DNA of 30,386 nt from Clostridia bacterium (lineage in GTDB: Bacteria > Bacillota > Clostridia > UMGS1883): contig JAZUPX010000113.1 in assembly GCA_045605405.1 (NCBI GenBank), positions 1-30,386 on the forward strand, read 5' to 3'. Under the pieces are notes generated by a model. That model saw only the letters and a list, made by a program, of their open reading frames with translations, searched no databases and was not told where the DNA came from. Position 1 is the stretch's first letter. The number at the start of each line of letters is the position of its first letter. The translations under genes were made by a program, and so were the position numbers. This document shows, one piece after another, positions 1-8,503 of this stretch.

Positions 1-541
1 CCCCAAGCCCTTCTTCAAGCTCTGTATTCCAGAAAACACCCTTCGCCACGACACCGTGTTTGAGCTTGTACCATGCCGCGTCGGAATACGTTTCCTCGTA
101 ATTGTTTCTCTCGTATATAACAGGAAGGATAGAGGACAGCACCTTTGCTGATTCCGCATCGCCGCGTTCTCTCGGCAGTACGTTCGGCTCGGGATAGTTG
201 TCCATGACGTCAGCATGCTTTGCCGCAATAGAATTAAACATCCAAGCCGACGTCGGCTCCGGTCTGTCTGTTTTTTTATTTTTATCTCCCTTGTTAATTA
301 CATCCCAATGGCGAAGCTTCCACCACTCTTCTTCCTCGACAATTCGCTCTTCAAGCTTCTGCTTGCCTCTTTTATAATTCTTAAGGGTCTCTGCCGCCTT
401 CTCAATCGCCTTCTTGTCTATGCTCCCCGCATTTGCCGCGGGTTTTTCGGTTACGCCCTCAGGCTGCGCCTTGCCCATAAGCTTCTGTGCCGCCGCAGGA
501 AGATAATCAAGAATTGTCTTTCCTTTGGCGTTCGGTTGCAT
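1..541 (-). CDS. Portal protein, N-terminal part (truncated by window edge), P22-like
   Basis: Not in the ORF track; translated by hand from ATG at 541 (upstream GAGGTG): MQPNAKGKTILDYLP...EEEEWWKLRHWD...SAWMFNSIAAKHADVMDNYPEPNVLPRERGDAESAKVLSSILPVIYERNNYEETYSDAAWYKLKHGVVAKGVFWN. Open to the window edge and directly downstream of terL. Confidence 0.8.
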   Translation of the reverse strand, partial: MQPNAKGKTILDYLPAAAQKLMGKAQPEGVTEKPAANAGSIDKKAIEKAAETLKNYKRGKQKLEERIVEEEEWWKLRHWDVINKGDKNKKTDRPEPTSAWMFNSIAAKHADVMDNYPEPNVLPRERGDAESAKVLSSILPVIYERNNYEETYSDAAWYKLKHGVVAKGVFWNTELEEGLG

Positions 542-561
542 ATCCAATCTATTTCACCTCT

Positions 562-1983
562 TTAATATTTCCGATAGAAAGCGTATCTATCGACTTCTAT
601 ATCATCACTTGCAAGCGGGTCATATACCGCAGGCCTATGTTCTTCCACCTTGACAGGCTTCATCGGATTTGCCATACACAAATACCTCGTCTCGTCTGCT
701 ACATGGTCCTCAAGCTTCGTGTCGATGTCCTCGGGTCTGTGGTTGTCATACATCAGCGTAGGTATTGTCCGTATAAAAGCCTTGCAGTTAGAAAAGATGT
801 ACATCATCGGTATGCCGTTTTCGTCAAACTGCATTCTGTAATGCACCTGCATCCACCCGGCAAGCCTCTTGTGGTCGCCTTTGTCGAAATACACCCCGTA
901 CTTTTCACCCGTCTCGGCTATGCTTACGCCGTGCGACTTGTCCCATATAGCCGGGTCCGCAACCCCTTGTATGCGTTTATCCTTTAGCCACTCATGTTCG
1001 TTCTCTATCCGCGCTATTTCTTTGAATATCTCGTCAGGGGACCACTTAACACCGACATCAGCTTCATTCTTTACACAGCCGTAAAGCTCCAATATGCGAT
1101 ATATTCTGCCGTCATAATCCACCGCCCACCACGCGCAGGAGAATGGCTTTGAATATCCGAAGTCGAAGCTTCGCCATATTCGCCATTCCTTTGGTGGTGT
1201 AAATGGGGGTATAACGTGTGTATAGCATCTGTCCTCGTAATGCGTACTGTCATTTCTGAACTCCTCAAAAACTTGCCCCTCGTATACATCCCAACAGCCG
1301 TCAAGATGCGCCCTGCGTTTATGTTCGGGTAAAGCCTTTAGTCTGTCTATGTATTCGGGGTTTGCTTCCATCAGCACCTTATTGTCATATACCGACGCTT
1401 GGATGAAAACATAATCGTCAGGGTTTTCACCCTCTTTGTATTGCTTATCAATGAATATACGCTTGATATATTCATGTCCTACGCCGCCGGGATTCGTCGT
1501 GTAGTACGCCCTGGGCTTAAAGTCTGTCCTCGTAGTACGAAGCGCAGTACATATAAACTTTATCCACTCTTCGGGAAAGTGCGTTGCCTCCTCAAATATA
1601 ATAAAGTCAAACTCCTGTCCCTGATATTGAGTTAAATCGCCGTCATTATCACAATATCCGAGCATAAGCCTTGACTTATTCGGGAAAAGAAAGCTTCTTT
1701 CATCCCCATTGTATTTCGCATATCCGTCAAGCTCCAAACGAAGCGGAATAATATGGTTGTTGCGTAGCTCGGGCATCGTTCTGCGGAGGAGCACTCCTTT
1801 TAAGCCCTCGTAATTCATGCAGAGCATCACGCCTTTTCTGCGCCCTGCCCAGCTCTTTCCGCCACCTCGCGAGCCGCCGTAGCCTATGTGTGTGGCTTCT
1901 GCTTCAAAAAATTGAATCTGTTTTGGGTTTGGTACATCTTCCCGAAGATGCTGAAAGATTAAAGCTTCTTTTACTTCGCCCAC
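562..1983 (-). CDS. terL: Terminase large subunit
   Basis: Walker A YGGSRGGGKS, Walker B FIIFEEAT, TTNPGG motif III, C-terminal RNase H-like nuclease (SFDFG...DH..DETRY); sits between terS and portal. Confidence 0.96.
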   Translation of the reverse strand: MGEVKEALIFQHLREDVPNPKQIQFFEAEATHIGYGGSRGGGKSWAGRRKGVMLCMNYEGLKGVLLRRTMPELRNNHIIPLRLELDGYAKYNGDERSFLFPNKSRLMLGYCDNDGDLTQYQGQEFDFIIFEEATHFPEEWIKFICTALRTTRTDFKPRAYYTTNPGGVGHEYIKRIFIDKQYKEGENPDDYVFIQASVYDNKVLMEANPEYIDRLKALPEHKRRAHLDGCWDVYEGQVFEEFRNDSTHYEDRCYTHVIPPFTPPKEWRIWRSFDFGYSKPFSCAWWAVDYDGRIYRILELYGCVKNEADVGVKWSPDEIFKEIARIENEHEWLKDKRIQGVADPAIWDKSHGVSIAETGEKYGVYFDKGDHKRLAGWMQVHYRMQFDENGIPMMYIFSNCKAFIRTIPTLMYDNHRPEDIDTKLEDHVADETRYLCMANPMKPVKVEEHRPAVYDPLASDDIEVDRYAFYRKY

Positions 1984-2267
1984 TTTGCAAGCTCACCTTC
2001 AAACTTAACAACTGTCATTCCCGTGTTATTCACTTCACCGTCAAGCGTGACCTGCTGTGTGCTCTTTCCGTAATACATCTCCGCAAACCACTTCTCTATA
2101 TCCGCCTTGACCTTCATAGGCGTATTCTTATCGTCCGCTATGGCTCTAAGCCTTGCCGGTGATTGCATAGCGTACTCTTTTAGTTCCGGGGGCAGCGACG
2201 GGCGCCCTTTCGGGTTCCCACTATGCCCTTTTGCAAACTGCCCTGTTTTCGTCCTGTTAGCAGGCAT
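1971..2267 (-). CDS. terS: Terminase small subunit (DUF5681-like N-terminus)
   Basis: N-terminal GQFAKGHSGNPKGRP motif; 98 aa, overlaps the terL start. Confidence 0.8.
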   Translation of the reverse strand: MPANRTKTGQFAKGHSGNPKGRPSLPPELKEYAMQSPARLRAIADDKNTPMKVKADIEKWFAEMYYGKSTQQVTLDGEVNNTGMTVVKFEGELAKWAK

Positions 2268-2286
2268 ATCCGCACCACCTTTCTTC

Positions 2287-2378
2287 TTTCTATGTACACA
2301 TTACCATAAATTCAAAGCAAAATTCCCCTTTTAAGTGGAATTTGCAAAAATAATTAAAAAATTTTTTATACATAGAAA
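2287..2378 (-). promoter_or_regulatory. Putative late/packaging promoter region with nested inverted repeats
   Basis: AT-rich intergenic region upstream of terS. Inverted repeats TTTCTATGTA (2287-2296)/TACATAGAAA (2369-2378) and imperfect GCAAAATTCC (2317-2326)/GGAATTTGC (2337-2345). Function inferred from position. Confidence 0.4.
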
Positions 2379-2401
2379 AAAGACATCCGAAAACGGATGC
2401 C
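2375..2401 (-). terminator. Rho-independent terminator ending the early/middle operon
   Basis: Minus strand GGCATCCG-TTTT-CGGATGTC followed by TTTTTT, immediately after the HTH gene stop. Confidence 0.75.
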
Positions 2402-2406
2402 TTAAT

Positions 2407-2613
2407 TTATTTTTCGCATCTTCCCACAAGGTAGTCTACCGACACGTCGAAGTATTCTGCTATGGCAATGATGGAATGTAACGTCGGCTCTGACTCCCCA
2501 CGTTCATATCGCCTGACGGCATCAGAACTTAGTCCACACAGTTCGGAAAGGACTTTCCTGCTAATTCTTTTCTTTTCTCTTAACTGTATTAACCTTTCCC
2601 TAAACGCATTCAC
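2407..2613 (-). CDS. XRE/Cro-CI family HTH regulator
   Basis: RLIQLREKKRISRKVLSELCGLSSDAVRRYERGESEPTLHSIIAIAEYFDVSVDYLVGR is a canonical HTH_3 pattern. Confidence 0.9.
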   Translation of the reverse strand: MNAFRERLIQLREKKRISRKVLSELCGLSSDAVRRYERGESEPTLHSIIAIAEYFDVSVDYLVGRCEK

Positions 2614-2628
2614 AGCATTGCCCCCTTC

Positions 2629-2877
2629 TTATTCGCCGATCACCTCGCAATACAAACCATAACCGTTCTTTTCCGGCAAGGCTCTCGCTTCGTACTTCTC
2701 CAAAGCCTCCCTGACCTCAGAAGGCGTAATCGCAAATCGGTTATCCTTTGTAGCTCCGAGCGCCTTTAATAGAATCGATATGTATGCGCCGTGTATCTTC
2801 GCAAGCTCTTCGTAGCCTCTCGACTTCGCTCTTTCCGTTTCAAGCATCTGTTTTAACTTTTCTTTCTGTTTATCCAT
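2629..2877 (-). CDS. Hypothetical phage protein (82 aa, MDKQKEKL...)
   Basis: Start refined to ATG 2877, after AAGGAGG and the stop of the upstream ORF. Confidence 0.65.
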   Translation of the reverse strand: MDKQKEKLKQMLETERAKSRGYEELAKIHGAYISILLKALGATKDNRFAITPSEVREALEKYEARALPEKNGYGLYCEVIGE

Positions 2878-2879
2878 CC

Positions 2880-3119
2880 TCACACACCTCCTTCCGCTGC
2901 ACTCGCCGGACAAACGCTGCACGGCTTCCCGCCCATGCTCGAAGGTGGATTGTACCGGCATAGGTCGCAAGGGGAAGCTGCGCACTTTTTCGCCGCCATA
3001 ATGCGGTTTATCACCTTTCGTGCGCCCCGCATTCCTTCAGACGCTTCGCCCTGTCGCACCGTAAACAATACGGTTTCCTCAATATCTTCAAGTAGTGCTT
3101 GTCTATCAATCAAGTCCAT
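2880..3119 (-). CDS. Hypothetical phage protein (MDLIDRQALL..., Cys-rich C-terminus)
   Basis: RBS GAGGGG; 'LIDRQALL' start typical of phage accessory ORFs; CDLC...CSVC motif. Confidence 0.7.
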   Translation of the reverse strand: MDLIDRQALLEDIEETVLFTVRQGEASEGMRGARKVINRIMAAKKCAASPCDLCRYNPPSSMGGKPCSVCPASAAEGGV

Positions 3120-3190
3120 TTAAATACCCCCTCAAATAATAAGTAAAGCAAATTCGTTTTAAAATGCCTTATAGCGAATTCCCGCAGCTG

Positions 3191-3496
3191 TTATGGCGAA
3201 TTTCTCTTTTCTCTGTCCATTTCTTTTACAAGGTTGTCAATATCATTGTCATCAAGACAATAAACCCCCGTTTCTGTATAGTAATCAGCAGATTTCAGCC
3301 TCTCTGCAAATACCCTCATTCCTTCTTCTAAACCGTCTTTGTACCCTTTGTTGTACTGTTCTCGATCATATTGCAGTGCCCTTATAAGTTCTTCTTTGTC
3401 AACATTAATTCCCACAGATTGTACAGCTCTAAAAACATTGTTTTCTTGTTCGGTTTGCATTTGCCCCATAACTATTTCAATGGGAGATTTGTACAT
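3191..3496 (-). CDS. Hypothetical phage protein (MYKSPIEI...)
   Basis: Operon-coherent ORF with RBS; VDKEELIRALQYDREQYNKGYKDG segment. Confidence 0.75.
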   Translation of the reverse strand: MYKSPIEIVMGQMQTEQENNVFRAVQSVGINVDKEELIRALQYDREQYNKGYKDGLEEGMRVFAERLKSADYYTETGVYCLDDNDIDNLVKEMDREKRNSP

Positions 3497-4007
3497 TGTT
3501 TTCTCCTTCCATTTTTTTCACAATTTCTTCGACAACTTCCCGAATACCAATCGAACTATAAAAGCCGTACACGCTGTTTATTATGTTATCTGCAAGCTCT
3601 TTTCTGGCTTCCGATTTGGCTCTTTCGATTTTTTCGGCATATTGTTTATGACAATCTCCACAAATTTCCGAAACTGCGTTCAACCTCTCAACCTCATGCC
3701 CCAGCCGCATATTTTTAACCGTTTCGCCGTCAAGCTGTTCTTTTAGCTTCTCAATCTCCGCCCTAGCATTGTCATAATGTATCTTGTAAGATTCGCATGC
3801 GCCTCTCATACCAACCAGTTCGACATTAAGTCTTTCATTCTCTGTCTTTTGGCGGTTGATGAAGTCAAGTGCATCTTTCGAAACAACGGCAGCGCAAAGT
3901 TCTATGTGTTCGTACGGGCAATCTTCGCAATAATAATCATTGGTATTTGATTTACAGCAACACTCCAAAGCCTTTACAATCTCGTTATCCGTAAATTTGT
4001 TCTCCAC
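3477..4007 (-). CDS. Hypothetical phage protein with Cys cluster and coiled coil
   Basis: FTDNEIVKALECC...CEDCPY...C, then heptad-like region; GTG start with RBS. Confidence 0.75.
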   Translation of the reverse strand: MENKFTDNEIVKALECCCKSNTNDYYCEDCPYEHIELCAAVVSKDALDFINRQKTENERLNVELVGMRGACESYKIHYDNARAEIEKLKEQLDGETVKNMRLGHEVERLNAVSEICGDCHKQYAEKIERAKSEARKELADNIINSVYGFYSSIGIREVVEEIVKKMEGENNVQISH

Positions 4008-4220
4008 TTAATCACCGCCTTTCCGTCTGAGATAGCTCCCAATCATTTTTTCTATTTGTTTCACATCTTCGCTCTTTTCGTATTGTTTGCATTCGTGTAT
4101 ATGCTTACAGCCCTGATAGACCGTATGAATAAGTCCACAAGAAAGGTTTATTTCCTTCGCTCTGCAAACATTGTTTTTGTTATGTATGCAATCAAAAGAA
4201 GCGCAATATACTTTTGCCAT
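4008..4220 (-). CDS. Small Cys-rich protein, DUF1540-like
   Basis: VYCASFDCIHNKNNVCRAKEI resembles the DUF1540 C-x4-C-x-[YH]N-x4-C-x-A-x2-I pattern; ATG coupled (TGATG) to the upstream stop. Confidence 0.6.
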   Translation of the reverse strand: MAKVYCASFDCIHNKNNVCRAKEINLSCGLIHTVYQGCKHIHECKQYEKSEDVKQIEKMIGSYLRRKGGD

Positions 4221-4399
4221 CACCCCTCACCGCCCTTCCACAGCTTTATGAATGGTACTCCAAGATGTTGGTATGCTATCGCTTGACACTTAGCATAAAG
4301 AAGCCTGTCCCTTTGCGCCTTTGACATTTTCGGCTTCTTCGGTGGTAATTCTCCACGTTTTGCCGCTATGGCAATGGGATTTCTTTTATGTTCACCCAT
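4220..4399 (-). CDS. Hypothetical protein, 59 aa (MGEHKRNPIAIAAKRGELPPKKPK...)
   Basis: Below the track cutoff; hand-translated; fills the gap exactly with overlapping start/stop and an AAAGGCGGT RBS. Confidence 0.65.
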   Translation of the reverse strand: MGEHKRNPIAIAAKRGELPPKKPKMSKAQRDRLLYAKCQAIAYQHLGVPFIKLWKGGEG

Positions 4400-4811
4400 T
4401 TTCAGTACCGCCTTTCAATGCCTGTTCAGCTTCTTCTTTGTTTGTAAATACCAACTTGCCAAAATCATCTATTCTGTATTCTTTTCTTCTTCCTCTATAC
4501 GCCAACGGCTCAAGTAGAAAAGTTGTTGTTTGTCTGCAATTCCTTCCAGAAATACGAATTTCAACAACTTCCGCAGAATAAATTACATATTTCGCCTCTG
4601 TCGGTACACTCCACAAAGCAAATACCATATCCCCCACCTTACAATGCGGTACAATTACACCGTTTTCAAGAAGATAGTCAGCTGAAAATTCAAAGCCAGT
4701 TCTAAGGCATTCTCTTAAATTCCCTTGTAGCATTTCTTGTATTTTTTCCCGAGTGTATTTACAACGGGCTTCCTGTTCTTTTTTCAACAACTCAATTAAT
4801 CTATCACGCAT
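4392..4811 (-). CDS. Hypothetical phage protein (MRDRLIELL...ADYLLENGVIVPHCKVGD)
   Basis: Start refined to ATG 4811 after AAAGGCGGTG; ends with the 'GKLVFTNKEEAEQALKG' tail common in phage ORFs. Confidence 0.75.
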   Translation of the reverse strand: MRDRLIELLKKEQEARCKYTREKIQEMLQGNLRECLRTGFEFSADYLLENGVIVPHCKVGDMVFALWSVPTEAKYVIYSAEVVEIRISGRNCRQTTTFLLEPLAYRGRRKEYRIDDFGKLVFTNKEEAEQALKGGTENG

Positions 4812-4983
4812 TAGATGCACCGCCTTTACTAAATCTTTCTGCAATAACTTCTTCTGCCGATTGTTTAATGACCTTTACCCTGTCGTGACTTCCCATCAAA
4901 AGTGCAATTTCAATGTCTTTTTTCGCTTCTGCCAACAACTCTTCTTCTGTTTTGCATTGCATATAACTTTCTTTGTATGTCAT
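4804..4983 (-). CDS. Hypothetical protein, 59 aa (MTYKESYMQCKTEEELL...)
   Basis: Hand-translated; coupled to both neighbours; RBS present. Confidence 0.65.
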   Translation of the reverse strand: MTYKESYMQCKTEEELLAEAKKDIEIALLMGSHDRVKVIKQSAEEVIAERFSKGGASNA

Positions 4984-5156
4984 TCCTTCACACCGCCTTT
5001 CTCTTCTTTATAGTCCACACAAGGATACTTTGCTTTTAATCTTTCTTCGTTGTCATTATAAGGACAATCAAATACTCTGCCCTCGGCAAGATGTGCAGTA
5101 CACATTATAATCCCTTTTTCATCTAACATTTGTTGTTCACACCATAATTTAATCAT
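4980..5156 (-). CDS. Hypothetical protein, 58 aa (MIKLWCEQQMLDEKGIIMCTAHLAEGRVFDCPY...)
   Basis: Hand-translated; ATGA overlap with the next gene; RBS AAAGGCGG. Confidence 0.6.
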   Translation of the reverse strand: MIKLWCEQQMLDEKGIIMCTAHLAEGRVFDCPYNDNEERLKAKYPCVDYKEEKGGVKE

Positions 5157-5442
5157 CTGCTAAACCGCCTTTCTCGGTTGGGTGGGCGGTTTCAAAATGG
5201 TAAATACTATTTCTTGTTGTTACGATTATTTTGCCTCTTGTTCTGTCAATTCTTTCAATTCGGCTTGTATGCAATATTCCATCTTTTGCATTACCTTGAT
5301 TGTCTTTTATATATTCCAAAGCCATAATATCGCCAACACAAAGATTAGTATAAAATCTTACCTCGCTACCAATACGAAGCGGATATCTTCCGTCCGTTCT
5401 TGTTTCGCCTGTTTTTGAATGTTGAATATCAATTATTTTCAT
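5149..5442 (-). CDS. Hypothetical phage protein (97 aa)
   Basis: Operon-coherent ORF with RBS, overlapping neighbours. Confidence 0.7.
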   Translation of the reverse strand: MKIIDIQHSKTGETRTDGRYPLRIGSEVRFYTNLCVGDIMALEYIKDNQGNAKDGILHTSRIERIDRTRGKIIVTTRNSIYHFETAHPTEKGGLADD

Positions 5443-5810
5443 TTCCCCTCACCTTCCTTTCTCTGCTCCAAGGCTTTTTGTGCTTCTTCTTTGGTGCGAT
5501 AAACATCGTCGAATGTATAATCATTGTTTATGGTCGTACAAAAGCCGTTGACCGTCTCTGTTTTCTCTCTGATTTTTAAATCAAACATGCCGCCATCATG
5601 GTCAATATATATTGCCAAAACTTCTGCACTCGTAACGTACCCTTCGTATATAACGTATACCGCATCTCCCGGTTTATAAGGCGGAAACACCGCCCCTTCC
5701 TGTATAAGCGCGTCCGCTATCCGTTCTGCTATACCTCCCGCCATGTGCAGAGGCAACAGCCCGCTAAGGGATTTCTTGATTGTATTTATGAATCTTTCTT
5801 TTTCAGCCAT
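5439..5810 (-). CDS. Hypothetical phage protein (123 aa; PPYKPGDAVY...YRTKEEAQKALE)
   Basis: Same motif family as 4392-4811 (a..P.K.GD.V....F/Y.TKEEA..AL pattern); RBS present. Confidence 0.75.
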   Translation of the reverse strand: MAEKERFINTIKKSLSGLLPLHMAGGIAERIADALIQEGAVFPPYKPGDAVYVIYEGYVTSAEVLAIYIDHDGGMFDLKIREKTETVNGFCTTINNDYTFDDVYRTKEEAQKALEQRKEGEGK

Positions 5811-5826
5811 GCTATTGTTTCCTTTC

Positions 5827-6216
5827 TCAGTCTTTCGCCGTAATCGTTACCGGCACAATCATTTCCGGCAGATAGTTTACCTCATAATGGTACGGGTCAA
5901 CATACGCACCGCTTACATCTTCCACGGTATAAATCGTCCATTGATTCAGATACACAAAGTGCTTTTTATACTTTCCTTCGTCTGTTTCGACTGTAATTTC
6001 AAGCTCATCCGACGCGTTATTTGACAGCGAAAACCTACCTATGATTTCAAATACAGGCTTGTCGCTTCTGGCGTTGATTACCGCCAATCTTCGCGTTACG
6101 TTGAAACGGTCAGCTTCTTTTGATATGTTGTAACTTGCACGATCAGCCTGTGTACATCCGGTGAATACCGTAAGTGTTAAAATAATTGTTACTGCTATTA
6201 AAATAATTTTTTTCAT
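5827..6216 (-). CDS. Putative lipoprotein
   Basis: MKK + hydrophobic stretch + lipobox-like VFTG-C, followed by a beta-rich soluble domain. Confidence 0.75.
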   Translation of the reverse strand: MKKIILIAVTIILTLTVFTGCTQADRASYNISKEADRFNVTRRLAVINARSDKPVFEIIGRFSLSNNASDELEITVETDEGKYKKHFVYLNQWTIYTVEDVSGAYVDPYHYEVNYLPEMIVPVTITAKD

Positions 6217-6232
6217 TGTACATCTCCCTTTC

Positions 6233-6496
6233 TCAAATCGAAATATGTATATCCGCTTCTTCTTTTAAAGCCTGCTCCAAATCCTGCAGCTTCACATATC
6301 CACGGCTTATGGAATCCGCCAGGTACTCTATGCCTTCATAAACGCGCTTTAGCCTCTTCACGCCATACCCCTCGTTATCTCGCATCACGGATAAGAATAT
6401 AACCGTCGCATACCGTATGGCATCGTCTGCCGCTTCTTTCTTGATTCTTCGTATATCTGATTCCCGAAGCTGCCTGACTGGATTTTTCTTCTTCAT
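6233..6496 (-). CDS. Hypothetical phage protein (87 aa)
   Basis: Operon-coherent; GYGVKRLKRVY segment. Confidence 0.75.
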   Translation of the reverse strand: MKKKNPVRQLRESDIRRIKKEAADDAIRYATVIFLSVMRDNEGYGVKRLKRVYEGIEYLADSISRGYVKLQDLEQALKEEADIHISI

Positions 6497-6744
6497 GCCG
6501 TAACTCCTTCCACCTTACTAAGCTCCACATGCCGAATGCTGTTCACGTTCATATCATGCAGCACCGCAACATGCACCGGCTCTCCCGTCACTTCATTGAA
6601 CGCCAGCATGTATGCATGCGGATAAAGCTTCACGCCGCGATATGTCACACATAGCTCCTCTGGCACGTTCTGCTTGATACCGCCCACGCCTTGCGGCAGA
6701 ACGGAAACCTTTTGGCACATATCTAAATACAGTTTTCTGTCCAT
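6493..6744 (-). CDS. Hypothetical phage protein (83 aa)
   Basis: RBS AAAGGAAG; ATGA overlap with the next ORF. Confidence 0.7.
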   Translation of the reverse strand: MDRKLYLDMCQKVSVLPQGVGGIKQNVPEELCVTYRGVKLYPHAYMLAFNEVTGEPVHVAVLHDMNVNSIRHVELSKVEGVTA

Positions 6745-6764
6745 AATCTTCTTCCTTTCGTGGT

Positions 6765-7019
6765 TGTTACCAGTTTGATTTTTATTGGTAACACTATTTT
6801 TTCTTGAAAAACAAGGCTTTCTTTGCGTTTTGTTACTAAGGTTATCAATTTTCCTATACTTTACATTTTTATATATTTTTATAAAAAACGCACTTTTATA
6901 AAAGTTTCCCTTTAAATATTAGTAACAACATCATCATCAATCATCATTTTTCTTATAATTACGGGGTTTTAAGGTGTTACCAACGATGTTACCAACATGT
7001 TACCAGCATTGTTACCAAC
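6765..7019. repeat. Putative lytic replication origin: TGTTACCAAC iterons, inverted copies and AT-rich core
   Basis: Four direct repeats TGTTACCA(A/G)C at 6975, 6987, 6998, 7010. Inverted pair 6765-6773/6785-6793. Inverted pair TGTTACTAA 6831-6839/TTAGTAACA 6919-6927 flanking an AT-rich tract. Lies directly downstream of the VirE helicase. Confidence 0.7.
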
Positions 7020-7020
7020 T

Positions 7021-8502
7021 TTATTCCGGTAAGTCAGAGGTATTAACTTCGGGCAGCTCCTGAAATCTTTCTTCGTTTGTTTTATGCCAAAATTTTTGCA
7101 AGCCATATTCTTTTGAACGGGTTGGCTTTTCCTCGCGCTCCCACCCTTTTATCCCCTGCAAAATCATTACAAGCTCGTTGCTTTCTCTCCGTGTCGGCTT
7201 CGTATACTGATTGTCCAATGCATACTTCCACAGTTCCAGTATACACACCTTATCCTTATTCTTCAGATACCCTTCAATCAGTCCCACGCGGTAATCTTCC
7301 TCTACCGCCTGTGCCTGCTTCTGTCGAATATCCTCCATAAGGGCTCGGTCGGCATACGGCTGCAGCTTCCCTTCGTCAAAAAGGTGCTTCGCCTCCACCC
7401 ACGCCTGCAATATATCCGCCTGAATTTCTTCCTTGTGGTCGTGTAAGTCGTAGCCGCTGGAATTGACTTTGACGGGATACCAACGCCGATTCCCCGTCTT
7501 ATCCGTCAAAAACTGTTCTTTATTCGTTGTCCCAATAAAAACGCATTGCCGCCTGTGGTCGGTCGTTCTCCGGTCAAAGGGGCGGCGGTAACGGTCGACA
7601 AGCTTTGTAATATAGGACTTGACCGCCTCCACTTCCTTCGCTTTCGTCACGGCCAAAAGCTCCGCAATCTCGCAGATCCACGCTCCTTCAATGGCTTCTA
7701 TACCCTTTTGCCCCTCGATTTCCGTCACTTCCGTAAAAAACTCGTCACGCATAGCAAGCCATCGGGCAAAGGTGCTTTTCCCCTCGCCCTGGTGCGTGCC
7801 GATCAGCACCGCCACATCGTCAAATTTACAGCCGGGATTATAAAGCCTGTGAATCCCTCCGGCAAAAACAAGCCGCGTCACTTCCCGAACATAAGGCGTG
7901 TCCTCGCATTTGAGCCATTTTATAAAAAGCTCTTGTATTCTGGACTTTCCGTCCCACTCCGTTCCCTCGATAATTTGCTTAATCGGATGGTATTCCCGTT
8001 CCGCAAATAAAACACGAAGCGCATCGTCCAGCTTCTCCTTGTTGTGGATTCTGTATTTCTGCTCTATGTACAGCCGTGCCGCACTATCATCCTTATCCTG
8101 CCATCTTTCCACCTTGCCGCACACGACGTGTTCCGGTGCATAGGAAAGCTGATTAAACCGAAGACTTTCAAAATACTTGTCCCGGCGAAGAATCAGAAGG
8201 AAGTTTTCTATCGTTGCCATGGGCTTCCCCTGCCCGTCATAAGCAAGGGGAATCCCTTCACTTCTTTGCGCATTCTCACGGGTATACTTTGCGGCAAGCT
8301 CCCTGTCTGCCTGTTCAAAGGTACGGAAGGTTTTCATAATCTGCGTCTTTAATTCCTTGGAGGCTTTCAGCTCCTCCATTCGTGCAAAGAAAACAGCCTT
8401 CAGAAGCTCCCGGGCTTCCGGCGGCTCTGCCTGTATCGCATAGAGTGTATCCGACATGAGAAGCTCCGGCATTTCCATTGTCTGTATCGTCCTTTCGTCC
8501 AC
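7021..8502 (-). CDS. VirE/VapE-like SF3 replicative helicase
   Basis: PGCKFDDVAVLIGTHQGEGKSTF (Walker A), ICEIAEL (Walker B), FIGTTN (motif C), DKTGNRRWYPV. Confidence 0.92.
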   Translation of the reverse strand: MDERTIQTMEMPELLMSDTLYAIQAEPPEARELLKAVFFARMEELKASKELKTQIMKTFRTFEQADRELAAKYTRENAQRSEGIPLAYDGQGKPMATIENFLLILRRDKYFESLRFNQLSYAPEHVVCGKVERWQDKDDSAARLYIEQKYRIHNKEKLDDALRVLFAEREYHPIKQIIEGTEWDGKSRIQELFIKWLKCEDTPYVREVTRLVFAGGIHRLYNPGCKFDDVAVLIGTHQGEGKSTFARWLAMRDEFFTEVTEIEGQKGIEAIEGAWICEIAELLAVTKAKEVEAVKSYITKLVDRYRRPFDRRTTDHRRQCVFIGTTNKEQFLTDKTGNRRWYPVKVNSSGYDLHDHKEEIQADILQAWVEAKHLFDEGKLQPYADRALMEDIRQKQAQAVEEDYRVGLIEGYLKNKDKVCILELWKYALDNQYTKPTRRESNELVMILQGIKGWEREEKPTRSKEYGLQKFWHKTNEERFQELPEVNTSDLPE

Positions 8503-8503
8503 A

